Shown here piece after piece: positions 50,453-61,085 of a stretch of DNA of 64,000 nucleotides (its first letter is position 1; every line of letters begins with the position of its first letter). Source of the DNA: Eledone cirrhosa (taxonomy: Eukaryota); the NCBI GenBank assembly GCA_964016885.1, contig OZ024743.1:992001-1056000 (forward strand), written 5' to 3'. Under the pieces are notes generated by a model. That model searched no databases and was not told where the DNA came from. It saw only the letters and a program-made list of their open reading frames with translations. A program made the position numbers and the translations under genes.

Positions 50453-50961
50453 AAGAAAATTTCGCTCTACATGGCTGAATACAATAAATGTAATCTGAGG
50501 TTTTCGAATATTAATAATAACATTCGATTCGTTTGCAATTATGTAAACAAGCCTCAATTTTATAGCCATGTCAGTAGAATGAACACTTCATTCTTGCTCT
50601 TGTGTTGGCATGCGAACAGAACTGCAGGGTATATTTCTGGGTATCACCCTTCATCAGTACGGCTCACTGTTCACCTGCCAAACTGTCAGAGCTAGTGAAA
50701 ATATATGCTATTTTCAAAATTATACAGTGACTGATCGGCCTGATATGCATATTAGCAGACTGACTGATCAGTCAGATCCACTGATCCACTGATCAGCCAG
50801 ATTTGAATATCAGCAGACAGGCCAGTCAGTTTCCTGTATACAAGCCAACACAAGAGCAAGAATGAAGGGTTCATTCTACTGATATGGCTATAAAATTGAG
50901 GCTTTGTTTGCATAATTGCAAATGAATCGAATGTTATTAATATTCGAAAAACTCAGATTAC

Positions 50962-50967
<6 letters not shown>
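50453..50967. mobile_element. Fold-back element with ~125-140-bp imperfect inverted arms between (TA)n tracts
   Basis: 50484-~50624 is the reverse complement of ~50827-50967, around a ~200-bp spacer. Confidence 0.8.
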
Positions 50968-51009
<42 letters not shown>

Positions 51010-51092
51010 ATATGTGTGTGTGTGTGTGATTGTTTATATGTGTGTGGTTGTGTGTATATGTGTGTTTGTGTATCCAAATATGTCTATCCATG

Positions 51093-51126
<34 letters not shown>

Positions 51127-52334
51127 CGCGCGCGCGCGTGTGTGTGTGTAACAGAAGTATATATATATAAATATGATTACCTTGCAATATATGGTGTCTA
51201 CGCACATACATACATACATACATACATACATACATACATACATACATACATACATACATACATAGCAATTAAGATATTACATCCATATGTGGCATGGTAT
51301 TGCTAAAATAATATACTCTGATATCCATTGAAGGAGTGCCTGGAGACAAATATAGAAACTATTTCGGCTGTTGAGTATATTTATACGTTCCAACCCAAAT
51401 AACATTGGTGGTAGACTTCAGTCAGAACGATCTAAGCTTGTATACATGGACTTGTTTAGCACAGAAGACATCAAATGAAAAAAATATGTAGTGTTGTGGA
51501 AACGGGAAACATTTCTTTTAAAATTTATGAGAAAAAGAATAATTATGGAAATTAGTTCTAAACACCAGAATTCTGCTTTCAAATAATACATTTATATTCC
51601 TACGTTCTCTGGGTCCAACTGCATCACCTTGGCCACAGATACGCATATCGCAGTCCATTACACAGAAAGATTTCACTGACCACATTTGTTTTGTGTTGTG
51701 TGGCAGATTTCCTCCGCAAAATTGAGAAGGATTCTAATAAGATGGAATAGATGATGCAGCGAGTACCGCTAGCTTTTCTTCAAGGCAATCCTTTCATCAT
51801 CTTGTTCGCGAAGTGCCGCTGAGATGTAGAATCATGGCCGATCCCTTCCTTATTTTCCTTTTTTTAATTAATTTGTCTTCCCCATGCACCCTTTTTCTAT
51901 TTGAGTTTTTCTCTCTCTGGATTATAATTTGATTGTTTCATGTAATCTCATTAGTGCATATCTAGTGAAATAAAGTTATGTATATATTCTACATGTAATA
52001 ATTGATAAACGTGATTATGTTAATAAATCTGCAATATATGATACTCGATATGTTGGCTGGTTTACAGCATATAGAGAGTAAGAAAGAGATGTAAGGAGAA
52101 TTAACATATGGGTTGAAGATGGAGTGAAGTGGCTGACAATGTATATTATTAAGAGGGGAAGAGAATATTGTTAAGATATTTATAATGAGTATAGATCAAT
52201 GCACGTTAAATGAGTATCTAGACATTTATGATAATCAGATGTTCCAATTTCTATATAGCCAACAGGCAAAACACTTCAAGATGACTACCATACAACATTT
52301 GGTGATAATCAACCCAGAAAAGGTTGAAACATGG

Positions 52335-52432
52335 AGAAGAAGAAGAAGAAGAAGAAGAAGAAGAAGAAGAAGAAGAAGAAGAAGAAGAAGAAGAAGAAGA
52401 AGAAGAAGAAGAAGAAGAAGAAGAAGAAGAAG

Positions 52433-52476
<44 letters not shown>

Positions 52477-52645
52477 GCAGGAGCAGGAGGAAGAGAAAGA
52501 GAAAAGGGAGGAGTGAAGGAGGAAGAATAAAAGAAGAAGAAGAAGAAGAAGAAGAAGAAGAGGAGGAGGGGGAGGGGGAGAAAAGGGGGGAGTGAAGGAG
52601 GAGGAATAGAAGAATAAGAATAAGAAGGAGGAGGAGGAGGAAGAG
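52335..52645. repeat. Compound (GAA)n(CAA)n(GGA)n purine-rich tract
   Basis: Direct reading. Source of the poly-E/R/K spurious ORFs. Confidence 0.95.
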
Positions 52646-54329
52646 GGGGTGGGCTATGTGGGTAAAGCGAAGAAGGAAAAGGATAACGAACACCAACAAC
52701 AACAAAAGCAGAAAGTGAATAATAATATAAAAAATACCTTCGTACCCTATACAATTATTAGCTGCATCAACATCACTTACACCAAACGCCATTGACGACA
52801 CAAATAAAGCAACCTCAATCAGCACCATCATTATTTACATTACAACATCATCTCCAAAGTAGTCATCTGCGGATAAGATCATTGATAGAATAACAGTCAA
52901 AATTCCACGTGACGTTCCATTGCAATATGAAATCGTTCAGTTTATTACTGGATGTTTATGATTGATTACATTCTCTACAAATATGCTTTGTTGTCGAAGT
53001 AAATGTAGTAAGAAAAATGCAAGAGAAGGAGGATACCTACAGATCATTGATAAGGAGTTTTCAGATTCTATACCCAACGTACATACCTTTTATTATTGAA
53101 GTTGCAGGATATATGCCAATCTTCCTGGCCAAAGTATAACTGATGTTGGATTTGCGGTGAAAGTACTTGGCTTCATAATTCATCATCTACAAATAGCCGC
53201 AATATCTGGAGCCTTCAAAATCTATAAAATATTCGTTTGATTCAATGTCAAAACGATTGCACAAGGGATGACGGAAAGTTTTTTTTTCCCCAAACCCGTG
53301 TGCTCGGGAATGTGGCCGGTCAAAATTAAGCTCAAAATGGAGAGACAGACACAGATGCATGAAGGAAGAGCCGAAAATATTTTTCCTCCACGGAACATTG
53401 TAAAAGGCAACTTTTAAAACATGGGTATTTAAAAACACTAACTTCAATGCGACGAAACCACGCTAAAACATAATTATACCAATTTCATGACGGTTATCTT
53501 TATGCAAATTAGGAGTAAGAAATCTTTGCCAAGTACCTTCGACACATAAATGAGAAGGCATCATCTAACAATAAATGTGGACCAAAATTGTAGAGATAAG
53601 ATACAGCATAGCCAGCTGCTTTCCCCACAATGTGTTAGCCATTATCAACTAGACTAGAACAAAACAGTAAAAATAGTAACTACTTAAGGTGATTGCATTC
53701 AGACAAATGGATCAAAATAATATTGATTAAATTTAAATGCAAAAATAGCAAATAAATTAAACTCCGACCAAGTTGACATTGCTGCTTTAATCACAGATCT
53801 GTGGGCAAAGGTTAGGTTACAAAAAACAATAATAATGACGCTTATGGCATCACTACAACCACCGACATCAAGAAAAAAAACTTTAGTATCATCAGCAGCA
53901 AGAAATACACTGCAACCTAATCTGGTCTGAAGAAAATTTGATACTATACTTCCTATGACAACAACATATGATTCGTGGTTTGTTACCCACTCCACCATCA
54001 TTTAACTCTACGCAAAGTGGATTTCAGAAAGAAAATGTGTTATGGATATCAATGTGAGATTTATCTTCCTTTTGTATATACATAGTATTTTAAGATGGCA
54101 CCTGCAATCCTAGAAAGCGCGTACGATTCGTCATCTGATTAAACCCCAAAATACTAGCAGCACTATCAACACATATTCACCACCACCACCACCAAAACCA
54201 CTACTACGTCATAGGTCGATATGGGAGCCTCTGCATAGTAGCTCAACTTGTTACAAATAATAGCACAGGGATGATCGTATTAACAGTGGATCATTTAATT
54301 CACTCCTTATCAACTTATGTAAACTCAAA

Positions 54330-54670
54330 TAGAGAGTTGTTTCTGCAGGATATACTTGGGCTCATTCTTACTCTACCACGATTTTTCATGGGGTTTTCTT
54401 TCACCGATCCAAGTTCCCCAATCACAATTGGTACCACTCGGCCTGTAATTTCCAACAAACGGACCTTTCTTTTTATACTTCATTATCGAAGTTGGTTTTC
54501 CTTCAACCATGAAACTTGGAACTTCCCCTTTTACTACACAATCATGTAGGTGCTTCCCTAGCATTGAATGAACACTTTTGAATCTTTTCAACAGGAATTC
54601 TTGGGTCCCATCCGGTCCATATTTCGAGTTTGGTATTTTCCCTACTTCCGACTTCTCTATCATTGTTTTG
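54330..54670 (-). pseudogene. R4-like RT relic
   Basis: GPDGTQEF...HLHDCVVKGEVPSFMVEGK...GNYRP, homologous to the family B region GPDGVQGY...CLVSGEVPEWLTKG...NYRP. Confidence 0.75.
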
Positions 54671-54692
54671 GTCATTATTATTATCATCATCG

Positions 54693-54887
54693 GGGGCGGT
54701 GGATTGGCAGTATCGGTAGAGGGTCAGACACCATGCTTTCCAGCATAGTTACGTCCCTTTACGATCTGAGTTCAAATCCCGCCGAGGTTGACTTTGCCTT
54801 TCATCCTTACGAGGTCGATAAAATAAAGTACCAGTAATGCACTGGGATAATTGATGGCCTTGTGCCAAAAGTAGAAACAATTATTAT
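54693..54887 (+). mobile_element. tRNA-derived SINE, short variant
   Basis: Full family sequence. Confidence 0.92.
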
Positions 54888-54897
54888 CATCATCTTT

Positions 54898-54934
<37 letters not shown>

Positions 54935-55425
54935 TCATAATCATCATCATCATCCCCACCGCCATCATTGAAAATCAACACAACCATCTGTACCACCTCA
55001 TTCGCTGTCCTCATCTCCACCAACATCATTATTATAGTAATCCCCAACCTCCTCGTTTTAATCGTCATAATCTTCATAATATTCATCATCATCCTCACCA
55101 TCATTTTTATTTTTATCACAAACATAATCATTACCACCAGCATATTCGTCTGTACCAAGATTATCATTATCGCTGTTTTTGTCGTCATAAAGATGTATAA
55201 AGACCAACAAAGGACGATAGTGTCAGATATAAGGCTTTGAATCAAGATAATAAAGCTAAGTAGATGATAGACAACATTTTATTTCTTTGGCATTATTCAA
55301 CTTTTCTTTTCCTATCTATTATTATAATGTAAAATATCATAATCATAATTATCATCATCTTCAACATCATCACCATCATTACCTTCCTCCTCATCATAAT
55401 CATTCCCATTATTATTATTATTATT

Positions 55426-56357
55426 ATGCGATCAGTGGAACTTCAACTCTCGAGTTCTATAGAGGATGGGCAAGTGCGATGACGCACTCGGAGAAGCTTT
55501 GTCGAACTGACCAGTCTGTACCGGGGGACTTTTGAGCCGGGGACGATGGACAATTTCCAGAAATCCCTCGCTTGGCAGTGCTACCGGGGGGCACTGCCGG
55601 TTCGGGATAAACTCTACAGGCACGGAAGTGCTGTCAGTCGGACCTGCCCAAGATGCGCACAGAACGACGAAACCGTTCTGCACGCACTTGTCCAATGTCC
55701 GTGCATTACTGACTTGTGGAGTTATGTCGAACAGCTACTGTCACGTGTGGAACGAATCCGGCTATCGGCCGAGTCCATAGTGAAGATCGATCCACCGCCT
55801 TCCTTAGGTCAGGAAGAGCAGGAAATGTTCCTCTGTCTGGTGGCAGTTGCGAAAGAGATTATATGGTGGACCAGGTTGAAAGGACTAAAGACAGACACTT
55901 TTCTCTTCGGCCAATCCCTCATCAACTTCTTCAAGTTTCACCTGGAAAGGAAGGTGAGGGTGGAGAGAGAAGTGCTACCCCCCAGTACATTTGCTAAAAG
56001 GTGGGTGAATGTGGCGAGAATGGCTCGTGTGAATGGGCCTACTCTGACCATGCGCCTATAGGCTGGCTAACTTGAGGAGAGGGGTGCTCTCCCTGGGTGC
56101 CCTAGAAGCGCAGGGTGGTTCAGGATTGGTGGGGTACCTGAAGCACCCCAGGGTCGTACACCCTCTATCGGGGAATTTATTTTGTTATATTTATGCATAG
56201 TTTATTTTATATTTTTATATTTTCATTGTTAAATTAGTCTTGCCATTGTGCACTTTTACTCCACCTTATTGTAAACCCCCACTGTCCCTGTCTTTGTATT
56301 GTCCCCTACATGTCGGCCCTGGTGGCTAATAAATGAAATTATTATTATTATTATTAT
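55426..56357 (+). mobile_element. 5'-truncated Tx1-like copy between (ATT)n tracts
   Basis: Nearly identical to 29085-29944. It retains the segment deleted there and has an intact C-terminal ORF 55546-56061. Confidence 0.93.
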
Positions 56358-56379
56358 TGAAGAAATCATTATTATTATT

Positions 56380-57800
56380 GCGACTGTTTACATTGACCGA
56401 CTACAGGTCGGCCCCTGTAAATTTGTTTTTCACCCATTTTTAAAACGCGTTCTGACAAATTTTTATAACAAATTGTAAATAGGGCGTCATACATTCCCCA
56501 TAGAAAAGTTGATCCCATTATATCTGGACCTTGGGCTCAAATATTTCAATTTTTGTTTGCAAATTACGCCCATAAAATTATAAATAAAACTTTAGGCGAA
56601 CATCCCCTCCCCAGCCACAGAACAGTGAAAGCTAAAAGCTACACGAAAAAAAAAAGCATGATACATTTTCTCGTTAACAACCAGAAATCAAAAACCACCA
56701 TCACTAACAGCAATACAAACACTGCCCCTACTACCGCCGCCAGCATCACCACCAACAACTACAATAACAGTCACATCAGCAGCATCAATAACAGTAAAAC
56801 TAAATAAAAACGGTCACGACAAAATCCATATAAGTAAACAATATGAAAATGAATACCCCCCCATTACCGGAATCCAACAGATTCACCACCTCCACCAGAA
56901 ACACCACCGCAGTAACAACAAACATACAACACAAACAACAAAAACAATGACAGCAATACAATAATGGCACCAACTGCAGCAGCAGTGACACCAACTTTTC
57001 TCAGACGTCGTCACGAAAACAAATGCATTAATTGACACTACAATAGGAAAGCACTTGAATTGGCTCAAGCTAAACAATTATTAAAATTTGAAGGGTAGAC
57101 GTTAGCAGTGATGGTGCCACCTGAACTAGTGGAAGAAAGGAGATAAACAGTCCTTTACAGGACTGTTGTTGCGGGGTCAGTGAGCTGAATATGTCACAGT
57201 TGTTCTGGTGGAAAAGGCTCTGAAAGGGACGTGGCTTCGAGGTCCTCTGCAAAAATGAGGAACGCGTGTAAACACTCGGTGACCCCACGTTGGAGTGAGT
57301 TCTTCCTCTATTGAACGTATCTTTCAAAGAGAAATGTCAGGCTGAGAATACCGAGTATTTTGTCGGGACTAAACATCTAGTGTATCTTAACCAGAGTTGT
57401 TCGTGGTGACTCCGAACATACTCCTCAAGGTCAAAAGGAGAGAAAGATAAAATTAGTCTGGAATAGACCTGGTGATTCTGCTCAAGGTGAAGCTAGGTTA
57501 AATAGACAAAATTCCGGACCAAACACAGCTACTCAACGATAATTACTAAAGGAAAACAGCCTAAGTATCTCCTCAGTAGATTCACAGGGCATCTAAGAGT
57601 CTTCTGCACCCAGAAAATAGAAAACAAAAAGCCACTGCAGCTGCCACCACCATCGACTCAACAGAAACAACAGCACCAACAGTTTACCATAGCAGCAGCA
57701 GCATTAACGACAACTGTTACACGTACACCTGTAAATCCAACAAGACTGGAAACTGCATCAACCGAGGGTATTTCGGTCCTATCCGATGACTTCGTTTCAA
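56380..57800 (+). pseudogene. Decayed Tx1-like 5' UTR + ORF1 relic
   Basis: Starts after (ATT)n; gggctcaaatatt motif; Thr/Asn-rich tract; decayed knuckle region (catctaagagtcttctgc). Confidence 0.6.
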
Positions 57801-57825
57801 TATTATTATTATTACTATTATTATT

Positions 57826-60800
57826 GGTCGTTGAAGCGAATGTACGTACTATCGTGAGCTCGTAAGTTTGTTTTGTTCAACTGTTTGAAATACGTTTGTC
57901 ATTAATATTTATGTTTCAAACGGGAAATAAGACTTTAGTCTTTGCCCCCAAGAAAGGACTCCCCCATAATAGTTGGGCCTGTTGGCTCAAATATTTAAAC
58001 TTTGTGTGTTTAAAAGAAATTTTCGATCAAAAAGAAAAAAACATGGCGGAGCCACGCCCCAAAATCTTTGAATTTGCTGTTTTGCGACAGCGAGTCAAAC
58101 TTTGAAGCTAATAACGCTGCCCCTCCAACAATTTTAAAATGTAACAACACATCAGGCAATATCGCCAACACCAGCACCATCAACAGCAACAGCGGCATTA
58201 CCAAAAACAGTAAAAAAAAAACAGTTGTGAACAAGAAAGACAACAGCCCCAGCAACAACGACAGCAAAACCAACAACAACTGCAATAATGACAACACCAA
58301 CAACAAAAAGAACGACAACAAAGACAACAATATCAATAACAGCAACAACAACAATAACAATAACAGCAGCAACAATATCAACGAAAACAACAACGAAATT
58401 AACACCACTAGCCAGAACATAAGCGGTGACAGCACCAGCAGCAGCAATACCAACTGCACCGAGAGCGCAGCAGCGGCGGCACCAAAGATATAGCCTGCTG
58501 CAAACAGTGATAGCAACAGCAACATCAACAGAACAACGACAACAACACCAACGACAACAACAAGAACACTTTCGCTGCGGCAGCAACCAAGAAAAGGTAG
58601 TCGTGAACATGGACTTGACGGACAAGGAAACAAAGTTGGCCCAAGCATGGAAGCTCATCAAACAGGCGCAAACCTGGGCCATTTAACTGTACCGGCAAAG
58701 GCCATAGAAGCGGTGGAGAAGAGAACTCTGGTCTTCAGATGCATTTCAGCTGAGACGAAAAGAGCCACAAACTCTCCCCAAGCAGACGTCGAGGCTGCGT
58801 CGAGGTGCATCAAAGGAGATACAGAGTACGTAGCGAGGGGTCAACAATACGGCACCATCTCGGTGCTGTTTAAGTCGGAGGCTCTCGCTTTGAAGCACTC
58901 AATGACCACTTGCAAATTCAGCAAGGTTATTATGTACCCCTCCCACATGGGAAATAGAACAATTAGAGTCCGCATTCCCAGGATTCCACCTGGACTAGAT
59001 ATGTGGTGGCTCTTGGGATGCGTGATTGTGGAGGGGTCAGATGCCGTCCCAATAGAGGTAACCAGGACAGGAAGAGAGGACTGGTTCGGGGTTGATCTGA
59101 AGATTCTTCTCCAGATCAAACCTGAAAAAATAAAGAAAATCCCGGAGTAGATCCGCCTCCAAAACGTGACAGCTCTACAAGTGAAATCTGAAGGCAAAAG
59201 GTCGCACTGGTTCAGTTGCGGCGAAAAAACACACTTGCGAGCTTTCTGCCCTCAGCTGTTGAAAAATGCAATGGGTCAAAAGTCTCCGATGCTGCCGACG
59301 CCGGGGCCTCATCGTGAAATAACAACACCAACAACAAAATCTGCAGCAGCAACACCAGCAGCATCAACAATAACTGCAAAGACAACCAAGACCACCCAGG
59401 GGCCACTCCAAAGAAGCTCTCCCGTTCCCTCCCTCTCGAACACACACACACATTGAAACACACACACCCATACACGCACTGCCATTTACATCTGACACAA
59501 GCACAGAAACCTCTTCATCACTAAGCGGAGATAAGGAGGAACACCAAAAGCTAAGCAAAAAAGAAAATACAAGAAGAAATCTCACACACCCACACAAACA
59601 GCAAACAAAAAAGACACATTCGCACCAAACACAGACACACATACTACAACACCCTCCCCCGCAAAAACACAACCGTCAACACAAACACTATCTCCACCAA
59701 CAACACTACCACTAACACAAACAACTAAAAGAAAACACACAAGCAACAACGTACAACCACAACACCTAACTTCGTGTTAGTGAGGAAATCGAACACAAAA
59801 TTACTGAACCTCATAACACGAAGTAAAGAAATAAAGAAAAAGGGCGAGGAGTTTAACACCTGCACTTTAAAGGTGCCATAAACAATTTTGCTGATGCGAA
59901 TCGCACTAACTAATAAAATAATTAGGGAGGGCTTCCCCAACGATGTGGGAACACCCAGTGTAAAAGCCTTAAGTATGCTTTTAAAGGTATTCCCCCAAGA
60001 AACCCCACCAACTATGAAGGTCGAACCACCCGACCTTCACAAGAGCACGGGAAGTAAGTAAACCTTTTCTCTCTCTTTTAGCCTGCCAACATGGCCATAT
60101 TGAAAGTAGGATGTTTAAATGTTAGAGGCCTGGGATCGTCCTGGAAGCAGGTTCACCTGCTCAAAGACTTCAGGTCTCTACAAATGGATGTAATTGCCGT
60201 CAGCGAGACCAGGATTTCCGACGCCCGTGCAGTAGCCCCTATTTTCTATGACTATCAGATCTTCGCATCTGTTAGTCGGCCGGGAATGGGAGGTGGGGGG
60301 GAAGTACTGTTTTGGAAAAGCCTGGTTCTTGAGGTAAGGTCAATCTTCCGGGACCCGGACGGTAAGTTGGTGGTCCTTCTTTTGGCCAGGAAGGGCAGCA
60401 AATTTTTCCTCTGTCCGGTGGCAGTAGCGAAAGAGGTTGTATGGTGGACCAGGTTGAAAGGATTGAAGACAGACACTTTTCTCTTCGGCCAATCCCTCAT
60501 CAACTTTTTCAAGTTTCACTTGGAAAGTAAGGTGAGGGTGGAGAGAGATGTGCTGCCCTCCCCCCCTCCCCTCAGTACATTCGCTGAAAGGTGGCTGAAT
60601 GTGGCGAGAATGGCCCGCGTGAGTTGGCCTACTCTGATCATGCGCCTGTATAGTGGGTGAATTGGAGCAGCAGAAGAGTGCCCTTCCTGGGTGCTCTTGA
60701 AGCGTCGGGTCGTTCAGGATGGGTGGAGTATTTGAGTGAACTCTGCGTGGTCATCACTCCTACTGGGGAATTTTTCTTGTTATTTTGTTATTGTTATTAC

Positions 60801-60889
60801 TGTTTACACGTTGTATATGTAAACCCCTACTGTCACAGTCTTTTGTATTGTCCCATATATGTCGGTCCTTGTGGCCAATAAATGAAATC
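57826..60889 (+). mobile_element. Tx1-like LINE with 5' UTR, ORF1 and internally deleted ORF2
   Basis: ORF1 from ATG ~58043 (frameshifted; RGQQYGT, knuckle CGEKTHLRAFCP). ORF2 60091-60660 fuses the APE N-terminus to the C-terminal tail. 3' end ccaataaatgaaatca. Confidence 0.88.
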
Positions 60890-61085
60890 AGCAATATCGG
60901 TAGAGGGTCGGACGCCATGGTTTGACGCATAGAGTTACGGCCCTTGCCATTCTGAGTTCAAATCCCGCCGTGGTTAACTTTGCCTTTCATCCTTACGAGG
61001 TCGATAAAATAAAGTACCAGTTATGCACTGGGTAATTGCTGGCCTTGTGCCTAAAGTAGAAACAATTATTATTATTATTATTATT
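60890..61085 (+). mobile_element. SINE (short variant) sandwiched between two Tx1-like elements
   Basis: Family sequence with (ATT)n tail. Confidence 0.9.

Noticed and set aside
51600-54000. Possible host exons or DNA-transposon coding relics in higher-complexity stretches
   Set aside because: No sustained ORF or recognisable motif by eye. Small exons cannot be excluded without RNA-seq or BLASTX.
54888-55425. His/Ile-rich ORFs
   Set aside because: Degenerate (CAT/ATT)n low-complexity sequence.
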